NCBI GenBank assembly: GCA_965224705.1
Contig: OZ245056.1
Coordinates: forward strand, 2,848,001 to 2,912,000
Direction: 5' to 3'
DNA: 64,000 nucleotides
From: Spirochaetaceae bacterium
Lineage (GTDB): Bacteria > Spirochaetota > Spirochaetia > DSM-2461
Positions 31,990 to 41,954 of this stretch are shown piece after piece. Every line of letters begins with the position of its first letter. Positions within the stretch are counted from its first letter, which is position 1. Under the pieces are notes generated by a model. It did not search any database, was not told the origin of the DNA, and saw nothing but the letters and a program-made list of their open reading frames with translations. Both the position numbers and the translations under genes were made by a program.

Positions 31990-32391
31990 ATGTTTCTAGC
32001 AAAACTATCGCCAAAACAGAAAGAAGCTTTTTATTCGTTGGCCAACCAGTTTATCCGCATTGATGGCAAGGTTTTAAGGTCAGAGAAACTAATTATAAAG
32101 CAGCTCAAGACAGAGATGGGGTTATCCGCGGCTGACAAACCAAAGAATCTATCGATCAGCGAAGCTTGTCGGCCTTTCAAAAGCACAAAATCCAGAGTAT
32201 CGGCAATTCTGGAGATGATCGGCATTGGACTTGCAGACTCAGATTACAGCAAGGAAGAAACCGCTTTTGTCAATGAGATGGCACGTAACTTTGGTTTTGA
32301 TGAGATCAAATTGCTGGAAATGGAAAACTGGGCACTAAGGATGCTGACCCTATCGAAGGAAGCCGCTGAGTTCATGAAAGAGGAGGACTGA
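31990..32391 (+). CDS. TerB-family (tellurite-resistance-like) protein
   Basis: MFL..L...QKEAF..LA......DG.....E......; LEMIGIGLADSDYSKEE..F...A; start moved to ATG 31990. Confidence 0.75.
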   Translation: MFLAKLSPKQKEAFYSLANQFIRIDGKVLRSEKLIIKQLKTEMGLSAADKPKNLSISEACRPFKSTKSRVSAILEMIGIGLADSDYSKEETAFVNEMARNFGFDEIKLLEMENWALRMLTLSKEAAEFMKEED

Positions 32392-32393
32392 TC

Positions 32394-33401
32394 ATGCCTT
32401 TACCTCTGGTTCTTATTGGAATTGCCGCTGCATCAGCGATATTTGGTGCAGGAAAGGGAGTGCAAGCCGTGAGTGACAACTCAAAGGCCAGAAGCCTGGA
32501 TGATGAGGCTCAGGATATCTTTGACACCGCCAAGCGCAAAATGGTTCGTAGGAAATCGCTCACGAAAAAAGCGCTTGAGCAACTCGGAGAGGTAAAGCTT
32601 AACGCCTGGAACGACCAGATCGGCAAGTTTGTCAAAACCTTTTCAAAAATCAAGTACGTAAGACTGACTGGCGGCGTCTCAAAATCCGATCACCTGACAG
32701 GTATGACCAGAGATGAGTTGGCTGAGATGAAGCAGATCTCCCTGCAAGCATCTGAAGTTGTAGGCGGCGGCCTGGTCAGCCTCGGTACCGGGGTTCTGGC
32801 CGGATTCGGCGCATATGGAGGGGCCACAATGTTTGCTGCTGCATCAACCGGCACTGCTATTTCTACCTTGTCAGGCGTTGCTGCAACTAACGCAACACTG
32901 GCCTGGTTCGGTGGTGGATCACTGGCGGCAGGCGGTCTGGGTATGGCTGGAGGAACACTGGTTTTGGGCGGGCTGGTTGCAGGGCCGGCATTGTTAGTCG
33001 GCGGATACCTGCTTTCTGCGAAAGCGAAACAGAAACTGGCTGCAGCACGAAGCAACTATGCCCAGAGCGAAGAAGCCGCTGCGCAAATGAGCAAGGTTGA
33101 GACAGCCCTGAAAGGTATTGAAAAAGTCGCCAGGCAGTATACTCGGTTTATTGAAGAGGTTGCCAATGAAATGACCCCTGTACTTGGAGACTTAAAGAAA
33201 ATCGTCACAAAGTCCGGAATTGATTACAGGAAATACAGTAAGGAACAGCGAAAAAAGGTTCATCTATCTGTCGAGTATGCCCACCTGTTGAAATCCTCAC
33301 TGGAAGCACCCCTGCTTACAAAGAACGGTAACTTAAAGCGCGGCATCTCAAAAAACCTGAATGAACTGGGTTCTGCGAGAGAAAACCTTCTGGAAAGCTA
33401 A
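32394..33401 (+). CDS. glycine-zipper/coiled-coil membrane-associated protein
   Basis: Hydrophobic N-terminus, coiled coil, long Gly/Ala segment ASTGTAISTLSGVAATNATLAWFGGGSLAAGGLGMAGG, second coiled coil. Confidence 0.75.
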   Translation: MPLPLVLIGIAAASAIFGAGKGVQAVSDNSKARSLDDEAQDIFDTAKRKMVRRKSLTKKALEQLGEVKLNAWNDQIGKFVKTFSKIKYVRLTGGVSKSDHLTGMTRDELAEMKQISLQASEVVGGGLVSLGTGVLAGFGAYGGATMFAAASTGTAISTLSGVAATNATLAWFGGGSLAAGGLGMAGGTLVLGGLVAGPALLVGGYLLSAKAKQKLAAARSNYAQSEEAAAQMSKVETALKGIEKVARQYTRFIEEVANEMTPVLGDLKKIVTKSGIDYRKYSKEQRKKVHLSVEYAHLLKSSLEAPLLTKNGNLKRGISKNLNELGSARENLLES

Positions 33402-34843
33402 TGAAGAAGCAGGACAATGAGCAGGCTAAAACAGGTTCAGCCGACTCTTTCAGCTCAGGTCAGATCGGTGCGGCTTTATCAATTAATCATTCTAATGCTA
33501 CTGATGAAGTCATCACCGGCATGGCTGACTTTCTGACTGAGGCAGGGAGAAGGAGCAAGTCCCTTGCCAACCCCGAACTGATAGACATAGCCCAGGGCTA
33601 TCTGTTTGAGGCAATTGAAGTAACCAAGTTCAATAGAGCAGCCGCTGAAGCTGGAACCCCATACAGAGCAGTACTAACCGCCTCAATAAAGGGGCGGGCC
33701 ACGGATACCGTTGATATAGAGATACGGGTTGGAAATAAGGTCGTAAAAAACATCCAGGCCAAATCTTCCAGAAGTGCCGCCAGGTCGCTGCACCAGATAA
33801 CCCAGGACAGGTACAGAGGGATGGACAAGCTTATTCCGAAGGAGCAAGTTGATAAAGCAAAGCAGCTTGCTTCCAGGCGCGCATCATCCGGTTCAATTAA
33901 GGCACAGGATTATAAAGATAGCGTCAAGAACTTGAAGGGTGAAATTGAAGTCGGCAAGGTTAAATCAGGCGGGACAAAGTATAAAGAAACCCTGAAAGCA
34001 GCCAGAAAGCCGGAAGCATATGCAGCCCGGATGGAAGCCAGGTCACTTGCTGAAGAGGCCGCATCAACTGGATTGAAATCCGCGGGAGTCGGAGCGATTA
34101 TCTCTGGTGCAATCTCTGCCATTAAGAACACATACAACTACCAAAAAGGTAGGATCACAGGCGAAGAGGCCCTCGCCAATGTTGCCGCTGATACAGGCAA
34201 AGGTGCGGCAAAGACTGGAGCCGCTGCTGGGACCGGCACGCTGATCCGATATTCAGCAAAGAAATTTGGATCTAAACCCCTGGCTAAATCGAATGTAGCC
34301 GCCGCTATCGCCGCATCAGCTATCGATGCAGGAATTACCATTCATAAGTATGCCAGAGGAGAGATCTCAGGCGCTGAAGCGATGCAGGAGATAGGACAGA
34401 ACGGCACCAGCGCAGCCTCAGGCATTTTCATCGGTGCGGCAGCAGGCGCAGTGTTCGGACCCGCTGGTGCTTTAGTAGGCAGTGTAGGTGGGTTTATCGT
34501 ATCCTCAAGCGTGTATCAATCCTGTCTGGCCATCCTTAAAAATGCTGATTTAGAAGAGAAAGAGGCTGAAAGAATTGAAGCCCTTTGCGCACAATCAATC
34601 AAAGAGATTAACCAGCAAAAAAAGGAATTTGAGAAACAGCTATCAGCAATGCTTAAAGAGAAGGATGCCGCATTTGATAAGCTTATATCCAATCTCAGCA
34701 CAGCCTATGCGAGTGATAACTATATCGGGTCATTCAATGCCCTTACAGACCTTTCCTTTTTCATGGGCAGCAAGTTGAAGTTTAAAGATTTTGAAGAGTT
34801 TGACGACTTCATGACAAGCTCTGACGGCCCTCTCGTTTTATAG
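33401..34843 (+). CDS. putative PD-(D/E)XK-like N-domain + glycine zipper + coiled-coil protein
   Basis: GYLFE...DTVDIEI...IQAK; GAAAGAVFGPAGALVGSVGG zipper; coiled coil; TAATG overlap with the upstream gene. Confidence 0.65.
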   Translation: MKKQDNEQAKTGSADSFSSGQIGAALSINHSNATDEVITGMADFLTEAGRRSKSLANPELIDIAQGYLFEAIEVTKFNRAAAEAGTPYRAVLTASIKGRATDTVDIEIRVGNKVVKNIQAKSSRSAARSLHQITQDRYRGMDKLIPKEQVDKAKQLASRRASSGSIKAQDYKDSVKNLKGEIEVGKVKSGGTKYKETLKAARKPEAYAARMEARSLAEEAASTGLKSAGVGAIISGAISAIKNTYNYQKGRITGEEALANVAADTGKGAAKTGAAAGTGTLIRYSAKKFGSKPLAKSNVAAAIAASAIDAGITIHKYARGEISGAEAMQEIGQNGTSAASGIFIGAAAGAVFGPAGALVGSVGGFIVSSSVYQSCLAILKNADLEEKEAERIEALCAQSIKEINQQKKEFEKQLSAMLKEKDAAFDKLISNLSTAYASDNYIGSFNALTDLSFFMGSKLKFKDFEEFDDFMTSSDGPLVL

Positions 34844-35042
34844 ACAAATTGAACATAGACAGGGGTACAGCATTAAAATATGCGCCTGGAATGGTTAAAT
34901 CATCTTACATTTTGAAAGTTCAATCCGGTTTTTCACCACGAATAACGGCATCCTCTGAGCCTCTGCCCCTGCCGCTGCATTTACGGTGCAGAGTTTAACG
35001 GCAAAATCACATGTTAGTTGGAGAAGACTCACGACCGGGAGC

Positions 35043-36425
35043 CTATTCCGCCTGGTGCTCGGCCAGGTAGGTTGCGAAGGCCTTGTCTGCGACCAGAATG
35101 TGCTTGACGAGCCAGGACTCTAAAAATTCCCAGATCTTGTCTGAAAAGATATATTCCCTGTCCTTGCTGATTTCCATCACTCTCTGGGTGAGGCGTCTGT
35201 GGAGTTCATGGTGCTCATCCAGACGGGGGTAGTGATGCTTCTTCATCAAAACCTCCTCCTGGGCAAAGTGGGTCTCTGTGTACCGGATCAAATGTCCCAT
35301 CAGCCGGTCGATTTTTTCATCCGAATCCCTGTTGAGAACGGACTTCTGAAAGTCCTGGGCGTAGACAAAGAGCATGCGATGTTCGTCGTCTATCTGGGCG
35401 ATCCCCAGAGAGAGGTCGTCGGACCATTCGAGAAGGGAGATCTGTTTCAATTCCGCCCCGGATTCCTCGTCTTTGTGATTGATGAGTGTCAGCACCGAGT
35501 CTCCCTTGTTGACCACGGTTTTCTCATCTACCTCGCGGCAGATCGCACCGTCCTTGCCGTTTATCGCCAGCGGACGGATGTGGGGCCTGCCCCGAAGAAA
35601 GTCCCCCAGGGACTGGGATGTCTCGCTATTCTTAAAGAGCTTGAGCTCGTACCCCATAAGGGACTGGGAAGCCGCTGGCAATTCGCCCTGTTTATCTTCC
35701 GACTCATCGGCAATCAGCCGGGCAATCTGCTCGCCCCCCAGTCTCAGGGGGTAGACCACCTTGTCCGCTCCTGCTCTGATGAGACGGTACTCCACCCCGG
35801 GATCGCTCCCCCTGGCGATGATGTTCTGCTTCGGATTCAGTTCCCGGACAGCCAGGGCAATGTTCACATTGGTGCTGTCATCGTTGATACAGAGAAGTGT
35901 CCCTCTGGCCCGTTCAATTCCGGCAGCGAGAAGGGTCGCATCGTTGGTGCTGTCCCCCAGAATGACGGCGAAACCCTTGGCCTGGGCAATTTCAACCAGG
36001 TCCGGATCGGACTCAATCACCACAAAGTCGATGCTGCCCTCGTAGAGCTTGTGGGCGATAGAACTCCCAATCCTGCCGTAGCCGCAGATGATATAGTGAG
36101 CTGCCAGTTTATTGACCCGTTTTTGCATGCGCATCCTCCCGTATGTGTTGTTCAGTCCCGATTCGACGATGATCTGTCCCATCCGCGAAACGATGGTCGC
36201 CACCACGCCGATGCCTGAAATGATGAGAATGATCGTAAAAGTTCTGCCCGCCGGAGAAAGCTCCCGAACCTCTCCAAAGCCGATGGTGGTGAGGGTGATG
36301 ACTGTCATATAGAGGGAATCAAGAAAGCTCCATCCCTCTTCGAGCACCATGTACCCCGAGGCCCCGGCGATGAGAACGGTAAAAAGAAGACCGAGAAGGA
36401 GTAAGAGGGATTTATCCCACTTCAT
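35043..36425 (-). CDS. potassium channel (2TM) - RCK/TrkA-N - bacteriohemerythrin fusion
   Basis: TLTTIGFGE pore filter; ICGYGRIG Rossmann motif; W...L.LGI..ID.EH...HFAQEE...H...H...HILVAD hemerythrin. Confidence 0.9.
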   Translation of the reverse strand: MKWDKSLLLLLGLLFTVLIAGASGYMVLEEGWSFLDSLYMTVITLTTIGFGEVRELSPAGRTFTIILIISGIGVVATIVSRMGQIIVESGLNNTYGRMRMQKRVNKLAAHYIICGYGRIGSSIAHKLYEGSIDFVVIESDPDLVEIAQAKGFAVILGDSTNDATLLAAGIERARGTLLCINDDSTNVNIALAVRELNPKQNIIARGSDPGVEYRLIRAGADKVVYPLRLGGEQIARLIADESEDKQGELPAASQSLMGYELKLFKNSETSQSLGDFLRGRPHIRPLAINGKDGAICREVDEKTVVNKGDSVLTLINHKDEESGAELKQISLLEWSDDLSLGIAQIDDEHRMLFVYAQDFQKSVLNRDSDEKIDRLMGHLIRYTETHFAQEEVLMKKHHYPRLDEHHELHRRLTQRVMEISKDREYIFSDKIWEFLESWLVKHILVADKAFATYLAEHQAE

Positions 36426-36587
36426 TAAGCTTGTCCATCAGGAACTCTGGCTCCGTCGTCGTGAAGTATTGGGTTGATGGTTCAGTTCCTGAGAAAGTGG
36501 ATGATCTCATCGGTAAAGTCCCTCTTTCCATCGTGAAGCTCTCTGGCAAAAAGGGCCGCCTTTTTAGCTCCCTTTTAACCTTAAAAT

Positions 36588-36616
36588 AGGATATCATTGG
36601 CAGGGAGTGTTGTCAA
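36588..36616 (-). promoter_or_regulatory. sigma70-like promoter upstream of the channel gene
   Basis: TTGACA-17 nt-TATCCT with an upstream TG. Confidence 0.5.
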
Positions 36617-36769
36617 TGAGTTAATGCCTGACTGTCTGGGATCGAAATATTACACCTTGCGCTGATACAAGACAGTGCAATCCTCCGATTCCCAGCAGTA
36701 TCCTTAAAGAACGGTTGGCAAGAAACCAGCCATTCAGCAACATCAAAATAAGTTCCAACACAATTCGCA

Positions 36770-37330
36770 TTAATAAGCCTCTTTTATATTTCCATTGGGA
36801 ACTTTCACTGGCGCTGGTTTAGGCTTCTGTGGAACCTTTTCGGGACCTTCATAATGCAAATGAGATCCAGTCGTATTTCCGGTCAGTCCCACCTCACCAA
36901 GCTGTACATTCGGCGGCAGGGTAACAGGAGGAAGAAGATTCCCGCCGTATTTTTCGGTCAAACGATTGTTTTCCCGAAGTATACTACTCCAGGCCTGGTT
37001 TGACTTTGCATTGGGATTAATATGGGTATAAACCCGCTGGCCATCCGAACTGTTTGTCCTTATGTAGTATCCAAAACCGACTCCTTGGGTTTTGTTGATT
37101 ATTCTTGTTTTTGTTTTCTTATCTATTATGTCAAAGGAGAATTCAGTCCAACTCGTATCATTGCTGTCCCACTTAACCACTCCAATGGTCTCATTACCCG
37201 TAGTATAGATGGGTGCCCCTTCAGGGGCTGCTAAGTCCGTTGGAGTCTTACCGTAACTCGCCGTGTGACCGGGATAGTCAGTAACCGTGTATGGCTTCTT
37301 AATGGGGGCCCCGGTGGGGGGCTGGAATTC
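36770..37330 (-). pseudogene. orphan M23-peptidase-like toxin tip, 5'-truncated
   Basis: Frame extends upstream of the ORF (...GHTASYGKTPTDLAAPEGAPIY...) to GFGYYI, YTHI and LGEVGLTGNTTGSHLHYE. Confidence 0.7.
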
Positions 37331-37493
37331 GTATACGTGCTATCGCTTCACTTAAGGTCTCTTTATAGTCATGGATTTCCGATTCTCCGGTATAGTAGTA
37401 ACTCGCATCCATATTTGTTTTGTATTTATTTGCACGACAATATTTTAACATGGGAAGCCTGTTTTGTATCAAGGTAGTGGTGAGAAATAGGGG
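37331..37493 (-). mobile_element. truncated left end of an IS1380-like element
   Basis: Reverse complement CCCCTATTTCTCACCA.TACCTTGATACAAAACAGGCTTCCCATGTTAAAAT closely matches the left ends at 54410 and 58044; inner boundary approximate. Confidence 0.75.
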
Positions 37494-37542
37494 TTATCGG
37501 TATCTTCGCTATCCATTCTCGCTCCGCTCGCCGGAGGTAGTG

Positions 37543-37773
37543 TTAAATCATTTTAGGTGCCAACAAAAGAAATAGTAGCAGTATGAGAACAATTGCCGCA
37601 CCCGATATTAAGATAATAGAATAAATTCGAGCGGGCTTTCCGTTTATGATCCTAATTTTTGGGAAAAAAAAGACTCTTATTGATCTGCGCTTAATACCTT
37701 TTATTCCCTTCACCAGGAGATAAGCAATCAAACTTCCAAAAAGAATAACTATGCTTATGTACGATGTTATCAT
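37543..37773 (-). CDS. small 2-TM putative immunity protein
   Basis: AT-rich, two hydrophobic helices, directly after a toxin tip. Confidence 0.6.
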   Translation of the reverse strand: MITSYISIVILFGSLIAYLLVKGIKGIKRRSIRVFFFPKIRIINGKPARIYSIILISGAAIVLILLLFLLLAPKMI

Positions 37774-37775
37774 TA

Positions 37776-39960
37776 TCAGAAATTCTCCTTATTCATGCCG
37801 TTTTCATCTGGCTTTGACGGCTGATTGACAGCATCATCTATTGATTCGAGTAAAGGATCCGCAAATCCAGTTTTATCTATAAGTATAGAAACGCCTTGGA
37901 TTACGGCTTTGCCTGGCATCAAAAGCTCTCCAACAGTTTCAGCTGCATCAGTTATGTTTTTTACTTTTTCAATAGTTTCTTCTGATGCACCAAATCTTTC
38001 CGCAATGCTCCCTGTTATTTCTTGCGGGATTGATATCGGGTCCTTATCATCGTCAAAGGAAGTCGTTATTTTTGCTATTCCTTCCACAAGACTCCTCAAG
38101 CCATCCAGAGTTCCAGCGGTTACTAAAATGGCGACAGGTACACTTAGAAGACCTACTGAAGCTGCTTCAGCAGCAACTCCTGTTGCGTAAGATACACCAA
38201 CTTCGAAAACACCTCCTATATTACCTGAAGAGTTCCTAAAATGAAATCCTTAGTACTAAATAAGCCAAAAGGATCAACCCAGTTCACCGGATCATTCCCC
38301 GTATACACATACCAGTTCATCCCATCCCGAATCGGATCCACCGTCGTAAACCGTCCCAATTCAGGCCGGTAATCTCTGTAACCGTAGTTATACAGCCCCG
38401 TAAGCGGATCAAAAGGCTTCCCAACATACCCCCTCCGGTCGGTTTCAATGCTTGCTTCTAAAGGGGAGCCAAACACATCGTAATCGTATAAATCTTCCAG
38501 CTGACCCGAAACGGTAAAGGCCGCCTGTACCGTCCCATGAAAATCCCCAGTGTAATAACTCTGATTCCCCCCGCCGTCTATCTCAGCCAAAGCACGGCTT
38601 CCGGCGATCAGAAAACTCCGGCTCCGATGGCCGCTGACCGCCGGTCTCACATCCGGTTCGCAGCGTCGGTAGCGGGTGGGGGCGGCGTTGTTAAGAGCAT
38701 CCACCCGAAGATCATTTTCCAGCTGCATGGGGATGGTGCCGATTTGGGTTCGCTCTTCCATGGGATTCAAGCCGATAGCCGCCGCTAAAATGCGCCCTTT
38801 GCGTTCCAGGCGGGGCTATCTCTTTCCAAATCGCCAAAACTTCGGCATCACCGCTGTTTTTCAGGGTGCGGAACTGATTCAAAGCCCCCTCTCCCGGTGA
38901 AAAATAGTAGGCGCTGCTTAAAGCGGGGTCAAAAAGTTCAGGATAGACTTTTGATTTATCGCTGACCAGTTTCATGATATCGGCTTTCAGTATAACTTCG
39001 CCGGGGTCGAAGTTCAACAGGTATTGGATAAAAGAATCCCCTCCGGGGGAACGCTGCTGCGGGAAAAGCCCTGCATCCAGACGATCTCTGTAGCTTTTTA
39101 TGAGAATCTCATCCGAAAAGGGGTAGCTGACACGGGCCAGGCGGTCCATATCGTCGTACTCGAATTCCCGCACCTTGCCTGTATGCCTCACGATGCGGCT
39201 TCTTTGACCCCCGGAGTTGTACACATAACCCTCTCCCCAAAGAAAATCATAGCGCATGGAGCCGGTTTCCCTGTAAGCCGATACCCCGGCCGGACGGCCC
39301 CAATCATCGTAAATGCGCCGCTGTTCCACTCCCCCGGGGAACTGGCGCAGGGTTTCCCGGCCCATCACATCGTATTCAAAGCGGATATCCTGATTCTCTT
39401 CGTCACTAACGCTTAGAAGTTCGCCCCTTTGCCCATAGGTGTAAACCTCGCGGATTATCCCGTCCCGCAGAACATGGGTCTTGTTACCCCGCTCATCGTA
39501 GCGGAAACCGATATCAGAGCTGAACCGATCATCGGTTTCCCGGATCAGCCGGTTTAATTCATCGTATTCGTAAAAAAGCCGATTTCCCTCTTCACCCGCG
39601 GCTTCCAGAAGATTTCCAACCGCATCGTAGCGATAGGAGACTTCCGTGCCCCTTTCATAACGCTCCTGGATCATCCGGTTGTAATCATCGTAGCTGTAAT
39701 GGGTCGAGTGCCCGTTAAAGTCAATGATTTCCGATAAAAGGCTCCCCTGATAGCGAAGCGTGCGGGTGTGTCCGTTCTGGCTGGTCTGTGATATCAAACG
39801 CCCCAGTTCATCATAGCGGGCATAGCGGCGATGGCCCAGGGGATCGGTGTCGTTGAGAAGATCCCCCGCCGCCGAGCGCCCGTAGCGGTAGAAAATCCCC
39901 TTGCCGGGACTGTAGCTGGTCAAATAGCCTAAATCATCGTATTCAAAACTCTCAATCCGA
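37776..39960 (-). pseudogene. Rhs module: YD repeats + Rhs core + hydrophobic C-terminal tip, two frameshifts
   Basis: Near-identical to 48505-49682; core ending YTGNDPVNWVDPFG; deletion-frameshift at ~38775; 2-nt slip at ~38218 separating IGGVFEVGVSYATGVAAEAASVGLLSVPVAIL... Confidence 0.88.
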
Positions 39961-40006
39961 CCGGGAGGAATATCCTCCTTGATGAAGGTTGCGAGGGTGA
40001 ATTTCT

Positions 40007-40068
40007 ATTGGAGATGTCCCGAATTCTGCTAAGAGATTGTGGTGGACGATTTTTGGGGCAGCACGAGA
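40007..40068 (+). repeat. ~60-bp element-end repeat (further copies at ~40813-40874 and ~43584-43645; short trace at ~47324)
   Basis: ATTGGAGATG.C.CGAATTCTGC..AGAGATT.TGGTG.A.GATTTTT...GTAGCACGG. Confidence 0.75.
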
Positions 40069-40069
40069 C

Positions 40070-40644
40070 TTCCTTCCCACCGGAGATTGGAAAATATTCC
40101 TTAAGAGTCACTGGAATTCACTCTTCTGCTGTGATTTTCTGACGGTTGAGACATCAGGATTTCGACGCTTCTATGTGTTTTTATCATGGAGCTTAAGAGC
40201 CGAAAGATTGTACAGTTCGGGGTTACAAGGAATCCGGATTTTCAGTTTGTGGGTAATCAGCTTCGGGGATTCATGTTTGATCGGTAAGGTAAAAAGACGT
40301 ACCTGATTCATGATAATTCGGGAGAACTGAAGTGGTACGATTATGAATCACTGGGAATCAAAGGAATAGCAACTGTTCCCTTTTCTCCAAATATGAATTC
40401 TTTTGCAAAGCGATTTGTGGGCTCATTGCGCCGGGAATGTTTAGATCATTTCATCATCTTTGGCTACCGCCAACTCCATACGCTTGTCCGCGAGTATATC
40501 CGTTATTACAATGAAGAACGGCCGCATCAGGGTGTAGGAAACCGCTTGATTGAACCACAAAACCCGGTGAATCAAACAGGAAAAGTGAAGAGCCGTCCGG
40601 CTCTTTTTGGACTTGAGCGTTCCTATTACCGGGATGTGGCCTGA
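40070..40644 (+). pseudogene. rve integrase-core transposase remnant (IS481-like)
   Basis: WKIFLKSH..CDFLTVE, LIHD, PNMNSFAKRFVGSLRRECLD, YYNEERPHQG; frameshift and stop. Confidence 0.8.
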
Positions 40645-40880
40645 ATTCTAAAGACAGCTAAACATTTATCTCATTTTCCAAGCCTGGCATAGGTGTATCC
40701 GTTTGGATTGACCGTTTGCTGGATTTCGGACTTCTCGGGGAAATCGGTCATGAAATCGGCGGGGATTTCTGTTGTTGGCTGGAAATTAGGAGCAGGGAAT
40801 GATGAATTTCCATTGGAGATGTCACGAATTCTGCTGAGAGATTGTGGTGGACGATTTTTTTGGTAGTATACGGGATCAAC

Positions 40881-41945
40881 TCATCCCCCGGCATCTATTT
40901 CTCTCGCAACAACCCCAACTCCAGCATAAAAATAGTTAACCCGGTCATATTCAATCTTACCGATAGTCTTTCCTGCTGAATCAACATAACCCTTCTTTCC
41001 ATTAAGCTCCACAGTGAAAACACCATCACTGTAAGTAATAATGGAATCATATACCGGTGGTATAATGATCCGATTTTCTATCAAATCATAGACACCCATT
41101 TTTTCCAGAGATCGAAAAGATGCATAACGGTTGTGGTATATAGTCATCAAACCATCAATGGTAGTTTTCCTTTGGCCGAATTTATCAACCATAATATTTT
41201 TTTCCGTTGTGGTATCAATTATAAACCAGGAATCAGAATAAGCCCATACAGCGGTATATATAGGGTCTACAAAGACTTCACCTTCCCAACTCATAAAACC
41301 ATACCCTACACTGCTGTCTGCATTAAAAATAAGAGTGTCTCCCGCCATGAGTATTTTGCTAAAACAAATATCTTCATTCAAATCCCATTCATTATCCTTT
41401 AATTCAATAATGCATCGTTTTTTTCTACCTTTTACTAAAGCTATTCCCTTTCCAGGAATACTAATGGATAGTTTAATTGAACTAAAAGCCAGTGGACTCG
41501 CATAATTCCCATGTAAATCAATAATTCGATAATCAAATTTGGGCCGTGGCGGTATCCTTTTCCCTGTTCCAACAATCGCATATCCATAAGTGAAGCCTCC
41601 TACATCATCAAACCTAGGTTCAATGACAACTTCACCTTTTCGATTTAGAAAACCATATTTTCTTTTTTGAAAATCATAATAACCGATTCTGTCTTGTTCT
41701 AATGCAGCAAATGATGAAAGCCCACCTCTGGCGCGGTGGATTTCATCAAAACTGCTGTTAAGAAAAGCAAATTCTTTTCCATATTCTATGGCAATAATTC
41801 CTTCACTAAGTCTTGACACATACTCAGCTTTAGGAATCGAATGCAACACAATACCATTCCGATCAATAATTTCCCAGTCATAGGTCTCAGCATAAAGTGT
41901 GCACCTCAATAGCAATATCAATACTGGCTGAATCCATTTCTTCAT
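40881..41945 (-). CDS. exported WG-repeat protein, putative immunity protein
   Basis: Signal peptide; repeats KYGFLNRKGEVVIEPRFD, GYGFMSWEGEVFVDPIY, KKGYVDSAGK; AT-rich; 9 nt after the Rhs stop. Confidence 0.8.
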   Translation of the reverse strand: MKKWIQPVLILLLRCTLYAETYDWEIIDRNGIVLHSIPKAEYVSRLSEGIIAIEYGKEFAFLNSSFDEIHRARGGLSSFAALEQDRIGYYDFQKRKYGFLNRKGEVVIEPRFDDVGGFTYGYAIVGTGKRIPPRPKFDYRIIDLHGNYASPLAFSSIKLSISIPGKGIALVKGRKKRCIIELKDNEWDLNEDICFSKILMAGDTLIFNADSSVGYGFMSWEGEVFVDPIYTAVWAYSDSWFIIDTTTEKNIMVDKFGQRKTTIDGLMTIYHNRYASFRSLEKMGVYDLIENRIIIPPVYDSIITYSDGVFTVELNGKKGYVDSAGKTIGKIEYDRVNYFYAGVGVVAREIDAGG

Positions 41946-41954
41946 AATTAAAAC

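Noticed and set aside
34938..35018. Integron attC site (TAAC...GTT) after the channel gene; similar hint at 37495-37545
   Set aside because: R boxes are not complementary beyond AAC/GTT, there are no clear L boxes, no repeated attC and no integron integrase.
35199..36218. 339-aa plus-strand ORF
   Set aside because: Antisense shadow of the GC-rich channel-hemerythrin gene; no motifs.
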